From an uncultured Chloroflexia bacterium (GTDB lineage: Bacteria; Chloroflexota; Anaerolineae; CG2-30-64-16), in assembly GCA_963810095.1 (NCBI GenBank), contig CAWEMM010000012.1, positions 160,001-224,000 on the forward strand: 64,000 bases of DNA. The letters are read 5' to 3'. Shown piece by piece: positions 1-10,823 of this stretch. Numbering within the stretch: position 1 is the first letter of the stretch; each line of letters begins with the position of its first letter. The position numbers and the translations under genes were made by a program. The notes beneath the pieces were generated by a model, which saw nothing but the letters and a program-made list of their open reading frames with translations, had not been told where the DNA came from and made no database searches.

Positions 1-11
1 CGAGGAGGAGA

Positions 12-821
12 ATGATGCGTCTTCTATTGCCCCGCGTTTTGCTCGTCGTGTTGGTCGTCACGATCCTGGCCGCCTGCGGCCAGCCAGGCGTGGCCCCCAC
101 CCAGGCCACTGCGGCGCCCCAGTCGACTGCTGCCGAGAGTGCTGTGGCGCCCACACAGGGGGCAACCGTGACCTCCGCACCGACGGCCGCGCCCAGCAGC
201 ACGCCCGCGCCGACCGCCACCCCCGCACCCACCGCCACCACCGATCCCGCCGCTAACGCGCCGCAGGGCCAGGCCGCGCTCGACCTGCTGAAGGCCTCGG
301 CCAAGGCTCAGTTAGCCCAGAAGGCTTTCCGGGCTACGATCACGGGCAAAGACACGAACGGCAAGGATCAAGCCACCGTGCTCGAATTCGTCAGCCCCGA
401 CAGCTATCACCTGGTGACGCCGGGCGCCGAGATCATTATTGTCAAGGATGGCACTTTCATGAGACAGGGCGCCGGCAAGTGGGAGAAATCGCCGGTGAAC
501 ATGCAGGAGATGGTCACGCAGATTCTCAGCGGCCAGGGCATGGAGGAACTGATCAATAATCTGAAGTTCGAGGACCTCAAGCTGGTGGGGGCCGAGTTCA
601 TAGCTGGCAAGCCCATGTGGGTGTATCAATACTCGTCCGCGCTCGACGTGGGTGGAACGCAGGTCGCAACCGACAGCAAAAACTGGATCGGCGCGCTCGA
701 CAAGCTGCCCTACCGGGTGGAATCCACGTCGGACACGGGCGCAGGCGCTAAATCCACGACCACGGTCGTCTATGAGTATGACGACTCGATCAAGATCGAG
801 GCGCCCGCCGTCGGCGGATGA
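12..821 (+). CDS. Lipoprotein with Pro/Thr/Ala-rich linker and LolA/LppX-like beta-rich C-terminal domain
   Basis: SD GAGGAG upstream; hydrophobic signal ending LAAC (lipobox); PTAT-rich linker; C-terminal 'YEYDDSIKIEAP' typical of LppX/LolA-like lipoproteins. Confidence 0.65.
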   Translation: MMRLLLPRVLLVVLVVTILAACGQPGVAPTQATAAPQSTAAESAVAPTQGATVTSAPTAAPSSTPAPTATPAPTATTDPAANAPQGQAALDLLKASAKAQLAQKAFRATITGKDTNGKDQATVLEFVSPDSYHLVTPGAEIIIVKDGTFMRQGAGKWEKSPVNMQEMVTQILSGQGMEELINNLKFEDLKLVGAEFIAGKPMWVYQYSSALDVGGTQVATDSKNWIGALDKLPYRVESTSDTGAGAKSTTTVVYEYDDSIKIEAPAVGG

Positions 822-909
822 GCCCCGCGCCAGGGCGGCAACCAGCCGGTGCGTACGGCGACATGCCGCCCTGGCCCGGCCCGCACTTGTGGGAGAGCCC
901 GGGCGTTCG

Positions 910-3360
910 CTAGAGTATCACGCGGACCCGGGTGCCCTCCCCGGGGTGCGTCTCGAAATCCAACCGGGCGCCCAGCCGCTGAGCGCGCTCGCGCATCGTG
1001 TGCAATCCCATGCCACCCGCCTCCATGCCCGCGACCGAGTCGAACCCGGCCCCGTCATCCTGCACCTCGAGCACCGTCTGGTCGGGCGAGTACGTCAAGT
1101 GCACCAGGATGTTGCTGGCCTGGGCATGCTTTAGCGAGTTGTTGAGCGCCTCTCGGGCGATGTGGTAAAGCTCCTGCTGCGCAGAAACCGGGAGGTTCTC
1201 GTCGCCCTCCTGCACTAGCTGCGCGTGCACCCCGCCCCGGGTCTCCACCGCCTGGAGCCGACCGCGCAGGGCCGCGGCCAGCCCAATCCGCTCGATCTCC
1301 GGCGGCCTGAGCTCGTAGATCAGAAGTCGCATCTCGCGCAGCGCATCCCGCGACGTGTCGCGCAGGGCGCGCAGGTGGTCGATCACCGCATCCTCGTTCC
1401 CCGCCTCCACCTGCCGCGCCGCGGCCTCGGCATACAGCGTGACGCTGTAGAGCGACTGGGTGACCGAGTCGTGCAGTTCACGGGCAAGCCGGTTGCGCTC
1501 GTCCAGCGCGGCCGCCTGCCCCACCTGCTCGCGCAGCCGGGCGCTTTCGATGGCCAGGGCCGCCTGGTCGGCCAGGCTCTGGGCCTCGCGCATATCTTCT
1601 GGGCTGAAACTGCGCGAGTCGTGATAGTACGCGGTCAGGATCCCATACGATTGCCCGGCGACCGTCAACGGCGTCAACAGCATCGCCTCGAATGACGCCA
1701 TCAGTTCTTTCATCTCCGGCCGCTGCAGGTAAGGGGAAGGCGCCAGGTCGTCGGAGAGCGCTGCCAGTTGGTCCCGGATGTTCGGGACCGCGATGGGTCG
1801 GTTCTCGCGCAGCGCGCGGCCGGCGATGCTCTCGCGGTAGGGCAGCGACGCGTGCTCGATGAAGTCGGGCCTGAGCCCCGAGCCCGCCTGCACGATCAGC
1901 GCGGATTCGCCGCCGGGCACCTGCTCGAGCCGGAAGACGGCCGCGCCCTCGCTGTTCAGCATGCGGCACGCGTGCTTGACGATGAAATCCAGGGTTTCGG
2001 CGAGCGACTGCTGCGAGTTTAGCGCGGCGACAATCTGGCGCATGCCGTCCGCGATACGGTTGCTGCGCTCAGCTTCGGCACGCCGCTCGCGTTCCGCCAT
2101 GTGGAGCATGGCCAGCTCGGCCGTCCGTTCCTCCACCCGCCGCTCCAGGTCCTGGTAGGCCGCCTCGAGCGCCGCCTGCGCCTCGACCCGGGCCGCGAGC
2201 TCTTGTTCGAGCGCGCTGTGCAGCCGGGCATTGGTTAACAGGATGCCTGCGAGCTCGGCGAGACGGCCCATCGCATCCAGTTCGTCCTCGGTAAACGGCT
2301 TCGAGTACACCAGGCGGGTCAACCCGATGACGCCCGCCACCTTCCGGTCGACGAACAGCGGCACGCCCATGGCCGGGCCAATGGCCTCACCCTCGAAGGC
2401 GCCCGCCCGGCCCTCCCACAACCGGTAGTTGTCGACGGCAACGGGGCGCGCTTCAGCCCAGATGCGACCAGACAACCCCTCCCCCCGCCTCAGCCGCACT
2501 CCGACGTGCTCGCGGAACGTGCCGGTTCCCACGTGCGCCACAAGCTCGTTCCGCTCCACATCCACCAGGTACAGCCAACCGTACGCCGCGCCCACCAGGC
2601 TGACCGAGCGCTCGACCAGGGCGGTCAGCAAGCCCTGAACGTCACGCGCGCCCGCGACGCCGACGGCTGTGTCGTGCAGCGCGGCGAGCGTGTTCTTCTG
2701 GCGCACGAGGACGGCCTCCCGCTCGCTCAAGGCGCGGGCGGTCGACGCAAGCTCGCGCGACGTCCGCTGCTGTGAAGCGAGCGCGCGCACCAGAAGGTCG
2801 GCGAAGCGCTCGACCAGAACCGCCAGCACCAGGAGAAAAACAGTGAACGCGAGCCCTGCCTCCAGCCAGTCGGCCAGCGAGGTTGGGTTCACCCGGACGG
2901 TCAGCATGGAATCGAGTTGACCGGTGCCGGCAAGATAGGTGAAGACGCCGTAGATGAGGAGGCTGACGCCTGCCGACAGGTAGCCGGCCCGCGAGCCGAG
3001 GAGCAGCGCGGCAACCACCGGCATCACGAGGAGATACAGCCGTCCGCTGCCTGCCAAGCCCAGGCGGGCCAGGCTGGCAACCCCGTTTGCGTAGGCCAGG
3101 CCCATCAGGCCGAAGGCACGAGTGCTCTCGGGCAGCGAAGGGGCCAGCGCAAGCGCGACGAATGCGATGTAGATGCCAAGGTAGGCCCACAGGAGCGGCG
3201 TGATCCCGCCGTTGGCTTGCGCGTTAATCAGCGGCGCGACGTACGCGGGCAGCCCGGCGATCGCGATCACGGTCAGCAATGTATACAACGCGCGCCGCCG
3301 CCAGACGCGGAGCGTCGGGGCGAGCTCCTCGCGGGCGGGCTCTGAGATAGGCTCGGGCAT
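910..3360 (-). CDS. Membrane sensor histidine kinase with two GAF domains (HisKA_3/NarX-type)
   Basis: N-terminal TM helices, two GAF-like regions, 'ERNRLARELHDSVTQSLY' H-box, 'EALNNSLKHA', 'VQDDGAGF', 'GMGLHTMRERA'; start set at MPEP (3360), 6 nt after a TGCTACACT extended -10. Confidence 0.88.
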   Translation of the reverse strand: MPEPISEPAREELAPTLRVWRRRALYTLLTVIAIAGLPAYVAPLINAQANGGITPLLWAYLGIYIAFVALALAPSLPESTRAFGLMGLAYANGVASLARLGLAGSGRLYLLVMPVVAALLLGSRAGYLSAGVSLLIYGVFTYLAGTGQLDSMLTVRVNPTSLADWLEAGLAFTVFLLVLAVLVERFADLLVRALASQQRTSRELASTARALSEREAVLVRQKNTLAALHDTAVGVAGARDVQGLLTALVERSVSLVGAAYGWLYLVDVERNELVAHVGTGTFREHVGVRLRRGEGLSGRIWAEARPVAVDNYRLWEGRAGAFEGEAIGPAMGVPLFVDRKVAGVIGLTRLVYSKPFTEDELDAMGRLAELAGILLTNARLHSALEQELAARVEAQAALEAAYQDLERRVEERTAELAMLHMAERERRAEAERSNRIADGMRQIVAALNSQQSLAETLDFIVKHACRMLNSEGAAVFRLEQVPGGESALIVQAGSGLRPDFIEHASLPYRESIAGRALRENRPIAVPNIRDQLAALSDDLAPSPYLQRPEMKELMASFEAMLLTPLTVAGQSYGILTAYYHDSRSFSPEDMREAQSLADQAALAIESARLREQVGQAAALDERNRLARELHDSVTQSLYSVTLYAEAAARQVEAGNEDAVIDHLRALRDTSRDALREMRLLIYELRPPEIERIGLAAALRGRLQAVETRGGVHAQLVQEGDENLPVSAQQELYHIAREALNNSLKHAQASNILVHLTYSPDQTVLEVQDDGAGFDSVAGMEAGGMGLHTMRERAQRLGARLDFETHPGEGTRVRVIL

Positions 3361-3487
3361 GGGTGCAGTGTAGCACAATGCGGCAAGGTGCGCGCAATCA
3401 CGCCTCGGGGTCCGCCCCGCCCGTGTGGCAGAGCCGCAGGGAGCGGGTGAGTACGGGTCCGCGACGAGGATGTTAACGAACCTTAAC

Positions 3488-3518
3488 TTGACCCTTACGT
3501 TACGGCATACCTTATCAT
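3488..3518 (+). promoter_or_regulatory. MerR-type promoter/operator (19-bp spacer) for the Mta/TipA-like gene; probably leaderless
   Basis: TTGACC (3488-3493), 19 nt, TATCAT (3513-3518); ACGT-centred dyad in the spacer; ATG at 3525 with no SD. Confidence 0.75.
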
Positions 3519-3524
3519 GCCGGC

Positions 3525-4295
3525 ATGACAGACGTGCGAACATACACGGTGCACCGGGTCGCAGAATTGGCTTCAATCACGGTGCGCACCCTGCATCACT
3601 ACGACCAGGTGGGCTTGCTCACCCCGTCGGCCAGAACGACGGCGGGCTACCGGCTGTACGGCGAAGCGGACCTGCTGCGGCTCCAGCAAATCCTGTTCTT
3701 TCGGGAGCTGGGCTTCCCGCTCGAACAGATCCGGACCATCATCGACGATCCCCAGTTCGATCGGGTCCGGGCACTGGAGCGACACCGCGAGATGCTTCAG
3801 CTCGAACGCGAGCGGCTTGCACGGCTGCTAAATACGATCGATAAAACGATCGCGAGGCTAACGGAGGAAAACATGGGTATTTCGGACGAAGAGCTCTGGG
3901 AGGGCTTCTCGCAGGATCAGGTCGAGCGCTACAAGCGCGAGTCACGCGAAGCGTACGGCACCGAAGTCGTGGAGGAATCCGAGCGCCGGGCCAAGGGCAT
4001 GTCGAAGGGCCAATGGCAGGCGGTGAAGGACGAGGGCGACGCGGTGACGCGGGGGCTGGCGGCCTTAACGGATCGCCCGGTGGACGATCCCGAGGTGCAG
4101 GCGCTGGTCTCCCGGCACTACAAGTGGGTCTGCACCTTCTGGACGCCCAATGCGGAGGCGTACCAGGGGTTGGGACAGTTGTACACCGACAACCCCGAGT
4201 TCCGGGCGAATTATGACAAGTACCGCGTCGGGCTGGCGGATTTCATGCGGGAGGCCATGAAATACTACGCGGAACACGAGTTGACCCAAACATAA
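3525..4295 (+). CDS. MerR-family transcriptional regulator with TipAS antibiotic-recognition domain (Mta/TipA-like)
   Basis: 'TVRTLHHYDQVGLLTP...GYRLY...LQQILFFRELGFPL' MerR HTH; C-terminal 'AYQGLGQLYTDNPEFRANYDKY..GLADFMREAM' TipAS. Confidence 0.9.
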   Translation: MTDVRTYTVHRVAELASITVRTLHHYDQVGLLTPSARTTAGYRLYGEADLLRLQQILFFRELGFPLEQIRTIIDDPQFDRVRALERHREMLQLERERLARLLNTIDKTIARLTEENMGISDEELWEGFSQDQVERYKRESREAYGTEVVEESERRAKGMSKGQWQAVKDEGDAVTRGLAALTDRPVDDPEVQALVSRHYKWVCTFWTPNAEAYQGLGQLYTDNPEFRANYDKYRVGLADFMREAMKYYAEHELTQT

Positions 4296-4409
4296 CGGAC
4301 GCGCGACCTCCGGGAGGATTTCATAGCCGCCGCCCGGAGGTCGCTTCGCGCCGTGCTCAGTACGGCCGCGCGCGGCACGGGTGGTATAATGCGGCCACGG
4401 AAGGCGGCT

Positions 4410-7400
4410 ATGGCTTCTACCCCCCTGACTCAAGCGCCGGCAAAATACCATGGGTCACGACCACGCGTCGGGCTTCTATCCCATGGCGCGGGCGATCCCA
4501 ATAGCCAGGCGATCTGGGAGGGTGTGCAGAGTGCGGCCCGGGCGCATGATGCCCACGTCGTGTGTTTCCCCGGCAAACCGCTCGCGTCCCCGCACGGTTT
4601 CGAGGCCCGCGCCAACATCATCTATGACCTGGTCAGCGCAGAGAATGTGGACGGCTTGGTCATCTGGTCCGGCGCACTGTGTCATTGGGTCGGGCTGCCG
4701 GTCATCACGGCGTTCTGCCGCCGGTACTTGCCGCTCCCCATCGTCACCATCGGCCACCCCACGATCGAGGGCATTCCGGGCGTGGTCCTGGACAATTATC
4801 AGGGGCTGCACGACGTCGTCACGCACCTGGTCGAGTACCACAACCTCGCCCGGATCGCGTTCGTCCGCGGCCCCCAGCCCCAGCCGGAAGCCGAGCAGCG
4901 GTACCAGGCATACCTGGACGTGCTGGCCGAGCACGGCATTCCCTTCGATCCCCGGCTCGTCGCGCAGGGCGACTTCAGGGAAAGCGGCGGTGCGGCCGCG
5001 ATTGACGAACTGCTGGACAGGCGAGGGGTGCAGTTTGAGGCGCTGGTCGCTGCGAGCGACAACATGGCGCTCGGCGCAATGAAGGCTCTACAGCGCCGGG
5101 GTTTGCGTGTCCCGGCCGACGTCGCCGTAGCGGGCCTCAACGACGAAACGCAAGGGCGCTTTATCACCCCGCCCTTGACTACTGCGCCCTTTCGCAGCTT
5201 CGAGATGGCGCACCGGGCCGCCGAGATGCTCCTTGCGCGACTCGAGGCAAAGCCCGTACCCGACCGCGTTGTGCTGCCTTCCCGGCTCATCGTCCGGCAG
5301 TCCTGCGGCTGCGCCGATCCACTCGTCAGCGAAGCTGCCGATGTGCCGGTCCGACTGCACGGACGCTCGCCCGCTGCCGCGCTCGAGGCGCGCCGCCAGC
5401 TCATCCTTGCCGCGCATGGCCGACAGCTGGGAGCTGGCCCTCGAAACCGCGCCGGCCGGCCGCCTGGAGCAGGTGCTCGACGCGTTCATCGACGAGATGG
5501 CCGGCCGCACCCTCGGCTCGTTCCTTGCGGCCCTGGCCGAAGCGTTACACGAGGCGCTGCAGCGGGACCGCAGCGTCTCGCACTGGCAGAGCGCGTTATC
5601 GGTGCTGCGCCGCGAGTCGCTGCCCTACCTGCGTGACCCCTCTGCCTCGCTGCGCGCGGAAAGCCTGTGGCAGCAGGCCCGAGTGCTGCTCGGGGAAACC
5701 GGTCAGCGCTCCCAGGCCTACCAGGCGCTCGAGGCGCAGCAGGAAATCCGCGTTCTGGGCAGTATCGGGCAGGCGCTCGGCAACGCAGTCAGTATGCAGG
5801 ACCTGGAGCAGGCCATTGCCCAGGCGCTTCCCAGTCTGGGCATTCGACGGGCATTCCTCGCGCTCTACGGCGACCCTGCTGCCCCGGCTCAAAGCGCCCG
5901 CCTCGTCATGAGTTGCTGCGGCGAAGACAGCACGGAGCGCGCGGAGCCGGCCGCTACGACGGCGCCGGCCGCCTCCCTGGTTGCCGCCGCCCTGCCCCTC
6001 GACCGCCGTGCGGACCTTGGTCGTGGAACCACTCTTCTACCGCGACGAGCAGCTGGGTTTCATCGTGTTCGAAGCCGATCCACGCCTGGAGGTCGAGTAT
6101 GAAATTCTGCGTGAGCAGATTGCCGGTGCGCTAAAGCGTTCGGCCTTGTACCGCCAGGCAGAACAGGCGCGGTTGGTGGCCGAGGAGGGGCGCCGCTTGG
6201 CCGAGGAAGCTAACCTGCTCAAGAGCCGTTTTCTGTCCACGGTCAGCCACGAGCTGCGCACCCCGCTCAGCCTGATTGTCGGCACGATCGAAATGCTCAT
6301 GCGCAACGGCCGGCGCACCGATCTGCCCACGGCCTATCATCGCGACCTACAGAACATCCGCACCTCCGCGCAGCACCTGGCCCGCCTCATCAGCGACGTT
6401 CTCGACCTCGCCAGCAGCCAGGCAGGCGAGCTGCACCTGGTCGGCGAGCCGCTCCACCTGTGTGAGGTGCTCGCACGGGCGGCCATGCTGGGCGAGGTGA
6501 TGGCGCGCGAAAAAGGGCTTTCATGGGAGGCAGAAGTCCCATCCGATCTGCCCTGCGTGTGGGGCGACCGGACGCGGCTGCAGCAGATCGTTCTGAACCT
6601 CGTTAGCAACGCGGTCAAGTTCACCGAGCGCGGGTACGTTCGCTTGTGGGCCGAGGCGGGCAAGGAGCAGGTCGTGGTCGCGGTTACGGACAGCGGCATG
6701 GGCATTCTCGCGTCCGAGCAGGAGTTCATTTTCGACGAGTTTCGCCAGTCGGAGCGCACCGCTCGCCGGGGTTACGGCGGCATGGGCTTGGGACTAGCGA
6801 TCAGCCGCCGCCTGGTGGAGCTTCACGGCGGCACGATTGGCGTGCTTTCGACCGGCTCGGACGGCGCGGGTTCGACCTTCTATTTCACCTTACCCGTGCT
6901 TGCGTTGGACGGCCAAGTAGCTACGGACAACGTGGAGCGGGCCGGCGATGTGCTTGTGCTGACCGAGCGGCCGGCCATGGCTCAACGCCTGGGCCGCCAC
7001 CTGGTGCAGAGCGGTTTCAATGTCGAAGCCCTCGCCCCGTCCGACAACCCCCGTTGGTTGGCCGAGATCATTGCGGCGCCGCCCGGCGCCATCCTGCTTG
7101 ACTCCGAGCCGGGCGTCGAATCGGGTTGGGAGCTGATGCGTGTTCTGCGCCATAACCCCGGGACGCAGGACATCCCCGTCATCTTCTATAACCTGACAGA
7201 GGCGGAGGAACGCGGCGGGGCCCTCGCGTTGGACTTCGCTGCCAAACCGCTGAGCCCGGGTCCGCTTGCCGCCGCGCTGGCCCGCAAAGGCCTCAATGCA
7301 GACGGGCACGGCCGGCCCACCGTCCTGATCGTCGACGACGATCCTGGCATCCTCGCCCTGCACGCACGCCTGCTCGAAGAGGTCACGCCCCCGTGTCGTG

Positions 7401-8034
7401 TCATTACGGCGTGTAACGGTGAGGAAGCGCTTGCGCGGATGGCCGGCCAGCGGCCCGACCTGGTGCTGCTTGACTTGATGATGCCCGTCTTGGACGGTTT
7501 CGGCGTCCTGGAAGCGATGCACGAACGCGAAGGGCTGCGAGACATTCCCGTTATCGTGCTGACCGCCCAGATTTTGACGCGCGAGGACATGACCCGCTTG
7601 CAGCAGGGCGTGGCCGCCGTATTGAACAAGGCCCTGTTTACCGGCGCGGAGGTGTTGGACCGGATCAGCGAGGCTCTGCGCCGAAACCGGCGGCTGGGCA
7701 GCGAAGCGCAGCGCGTCGTGCGGCAGGCGATGGCCTACATGCACGAGCATTACGCCGAAGACATCTCGCGCGAGACCCTGGCCGAGGCCGTGGGCTTCAG
7801 CGATCGCTATCTGACGCGCTGCTTCCACACCGAGACAGGCATCACCCCCGTCGCCTATCTCACCCGGTATCGCATCCGGCAGGCGCGCAGCCTGTTGGAT
7901 CTGGGCGAGCTAAGCGTGACCGAGGTGGCGCTCGCCACAGGCTTCACCGATGCGAGCTACTTCGCGCGGGTCTTCCGCTCGGAAGTCGGCGTCAGCCCCG
8001 CGCCTACCAACAAGGGAAACGCGCTCCGGCATAG
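4410..8034 (+). CDS. Hybrid sensor kinase/regulator: LacI-type ligand-binding domain, HisKA, HATPase, REC x2, AraC HTH (three apparent frameshifts near 5410, 6010 and 8000)
   Basis: Stitched from ORFs 4353..5636, 5233..6102 and 5981..8143; 'AASDNMALG...PPLTT' LacI SBD; 'FLSTVSHELRTPL'; 'NLVSNAVKF'; 'GMGLGLAI'; 'LIVDDD...LLDLMMP'; 'GFTDASYFARVF'; extended -10 TGGTATAAT at 4382-4390. Confidence 0.8.
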
Positions 8035-8124
8035 TTCCTCTCTTCCATTTATCCGCCTTTCGGCTCCATTTCTCCAAGACGCGGCAGCGTGCCAGCGCGT
8101 TAATACGCGTGCTGGAGCCTCCCC

Positions 8125-8544
8125 ATGCCCGTTGTCTGCCTAATCGCTGAAGCCGACCCATATCTCGCCAGCCTGCTCCTTCGCTTTGCCGAGGAGAGCG
8201 GCCTTGACGGCGTGCGAGCGCGCACGGGCGAAGAGCTTCTGGCCCTCGCACCGCAGGTCAGACCCGACGTCCTGATCCTCGAACCGGAACTGCCGGGGGA
8301 ACGTCGCGGTTGGGAGGCAGTGGCCGCGCTCCGTGCTGCAGAAGCCTTCGACGCGCTGCCGATTATCTGTTGCTCCTGGCTAAAGCAGGCCGAAGCCCGG
8401 GAACTCATGGGCGATTGCGCGTGGCACTTGCAGAAGCCGGACTTGCAGTACACCGATTTCCTGATCGCATTGGAAGCGGCCGGGGTCACCGCCGGTGACG
8501 GCCCGGGATCGAACGAGTCGGCGCCCGTGGTGATCCGCCGGTAG
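8125..8544 (+). CDS. Stand-alone response regulator receiver domain (atypical, phospho-Asp apparently replaced)
   Basis: 'LIAEADPY...PDVLILEPELPG...LPIICCS...LQKP' REC pattern with E at the phospho-Asp position. Confidence 0.65.
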   Translation: MPVVCLIAEADPYLASLLLRFAEESGLDGVRARTGEELLALAPQVRPDVLILEPELPGERRGWEAVAALRAAEAFDALPIICCSWLKQAEARELMGDCAWHLQKPDLQYTDFLIALEAAGVTAGDGPGSNESAPVVIRR

Positions 8545-8629
8545 AAGGAGGCAGAATCCTCAATTCAAACCAAAGAGCTCAGCCACACGACCCTATCCTT
8601 GTGCATCTATCACCCAAGAGGAGGAGTTC

Positions 8630-10669
8630 ATGAAACGTCACCTGCACCTGGCGGCGGCGCTGCTGCTGCTGGCATCGATCGTTCTCACCGCGTCCGCGGC
8701 GCCCGCGCCGGTAACGGCGCCCGCAACTCAGCCGCCCGCCGCGACCCAGCCGGCCGCTGCACCTCAAGCCACGACGGCCCCGGCAGAGCCGAAGCCGGCC
8801 GCGGGCAAGCCGCTGTTTGTGGCGATCAACAAGAGTGCGGACCAGCAGTACTTCATCGACCTGCAGACGTCGTTCGTCGACACGGCGGGCACGCTGGGGG
8901 GCGAAGCGAAGAAGTTCGACGCCAAGCTGGACCCGAACCTGGGGGTGAGCCTGGTGAATGATGCGATCTCGGCCGGCGCCAAGGGCATTGCGATCACCGT
9001 CCCGGATCAGACGATCGGGCCCGCAATTGCCAAGGCGGCCAAGGATGCCGGGGTCGTGCTGATTGCGACCGACGACAGCATCAAGGACGAGGCCGGACAG
9101 CCCGTGCCGTTCGTGGGCTTCAACGGCAAGGACATGGGCAAGAAGGTCGGCGAGGCCGCCGCCAAGCTGCTGACCGACAGCGGCTGGCTCAAGGACACCA
9201 CCAAGAAGGTCGGCGTGTTGTCGACCGAGGTGCAGACCCTGTCCGTGTGCAACGACCGCACCGACAACGCCAAGGCCGCCATCCTCGCGGCCGGCGTGTC
9301 CGAAGCTCAGGTCTACCCGGTGCCCTACACCGGCGAGACGTTGTCGGCCCAGGATGCGGCCGGCCCCATCATCACCGCGCATCCCGAGGTCACGAACTGG
9401 ATCGTGTTCGCCTGCAACGATGAGGGCGTGCTGGGCACGACCAACGCGTTGGCGACCGCCGGCGCCAAGCCCGAGAACATCATCGCGGTCGGCCTGGGCG
9501 CTTACGAAGCCTGCAAGCCGTGGGCCGCCGGACAGCCGTCAGCCTTCAAGGCCGCACTGTTCATCTCTGGCCTCGACGTGGGCAAGACCGCCGCAACCGT
9601 GTTGTATGATGCGGTTGTCAACGGCAAACAGCCGCCCGAGGCCACCTTTGCTCCCACTTCGATCGTCGAGCCGTCCAACTTCAAGGACGTGATGGACAAG
9701 ATTTCGCTGGCCAACTGCTCGGTCGGCCAGGCAAAGCCGGCCGCGGGCAAGCCGCTGTTTGTGGCGATCAACAAGACCGCGGACCAGCAGTACTTCATCG
9801 ACCTGCAGACGTCGTTCGTCGACACGGCGGGCACGCTGGGGGGCGAAGCGAAGAAGTTTGACGCCAAGCTGGACCCGAACCTGGGGGTGAGCCTGGTGAA
9901 TGATGCGATCTCGGCCGGCGCCAAGGGCATTGCGATCACCGTCCCGGATCAGACGATCGGGCCCGCAATTGCCAAGGCGGCCAAGGACGCCGGGGTCGTG
10001 CTGATTGCGACCGACGACAGCATCAAGGACGAGGCCGGACAGCCCGTGCCGTTCGTCGGCTTCAACGGCAAGGACATGGGCAAGAAGGTCGGCGAGGCCG
10101 CCGCCAAGCTGCTGACCGACAGCGGCTGGCTCAAGGACACCACCAAGAAGGTCGGCGTGTTGTCGACCGAGGTGCAGACGCTGTCGGTGTGCAACGACCG
10201 CACCGACAACGCCAAGGCCGCCATCCTCGCGGCCGGCGTGTCCGAGGCTCAGGTCTACCCGGTGCCCTACACCGGCGAGACGTTGTCGGCCCAGGATGCG
10301 GCCGGCCCCATCATCACCGCGCATCCCGAGGTCACGAACTGGATCGTGTTCGCCTGCAACGATGAGGGCGTGCTGGGCACGACCAACGCGTTGGCGACCG
10401 CCGGCGCCAAGCCCGAGAACATCATCGCCGTCGGCCTGGGCGCTTACGAAGCCTGCAAGCCGTGGGCCGCCGGACAGCCGTCAGCCTTCAAGGCCGCACT
10501 GTTCATCTCCGGCCTCGACGTGGGCAAGACCGCCGCAACCGTGTTGTATGATGCGGTTGTCAACGGCAAAAAACCGGCCGAGGCCACCTTTGCTCCCACC
10601 TCGATCGTCGATCCGTCCAACTTCAAGGACGTGATGGACAAGATTTCGCTGGCCAACTGCTCGAAGTAG
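8630..10669 (+). CDS. Sugar ABC transporter substrate-binding protein (AraF-like) with two tandem near-identical binding domains
   Basis: SD GAGGAG; signal peptide and PAT linker; two copies of a type I periplasmic-binding-protein domain 'INKSADQQYF...NDEGVLG'. Confidence 0.85.
   Translation: MKRHLHLAAALLLLASIVLTASAAPAPVTAPATQPPAATQPAAAPQATTAPAEPKPAAGKPLFVAINKSADQQYFIDLQTSFVDTAGTLGGEAKKFDAKLDPNLGVSLVNDAISAGAKGIAITVPDQTIGPAIAKAAKDAGVVLIATDDSIKDEAGQPVPFVGFNGKDMGKKVGEAAAKLLTDSGWLKDTTKKVGVLSTEVQTLSVCNDRTDNAKAAILAAGVSEAQVYPVPYTGETLSAQDAAGPIITAHPEVTNWIVFACNDEGVLGTTNALATAGAKPENIIAVGLGAYEACKPWAAGQPSAFKAALFISGLDVGKTAATVLYDAVVNGKQPPEATFAPTSIVEPSNFKDVMDKISLANCSVGQAKPAAGKPLFVAINKTADQQYFIDLQTSFVDTAGTLGGEAKKFDAKLDPNLGVSLVNDAISAGAKGIAITVPDQTIGPAIAKAAKDAGVVLIATDDSIKDEAGQPVPFVGFNGKDMGKKVGEAAAKLLTDSGWLKDTTKKVGVLSTEVQTLSVCNDRTDNAKAAILAAGVSEAQVYPVPYTGETLSAQDAAGPIITAHPEVTNWIVFACNDEGVLGTTNALATAGAKPENIIAVGLGAYEACKPWAAGQPSAFKAALFISGLDVGKTAATVLYDAVVNGKKPAEATFAPTSIVDPSNFKDVMDKISLANCSK
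8792..10663 (+). repeat. Intragenic direct duplication: 8792-9721 and 9734-10663 (930 bp each, 942-bp offset)
   Basis: Direct comparison; about 15 substitutions counted by eye, mostly synonymous, 4 amino-acid changes. Confidence 0.95.
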
Positions 10670-10823
10670 GCCTGGGGCCGTGCGCCACCGGGACACGATG
10701 AATCGAACCTGGACAATACTGCTCCGTCCAGCCCGATTGCTGCGTGTCCTGGTGGTTGCCTGACCATCACACCGGCGGCCCGGTTCGCACATTCCCACCC
10801 GGCCTCGCAGAGGGCATTCGACT

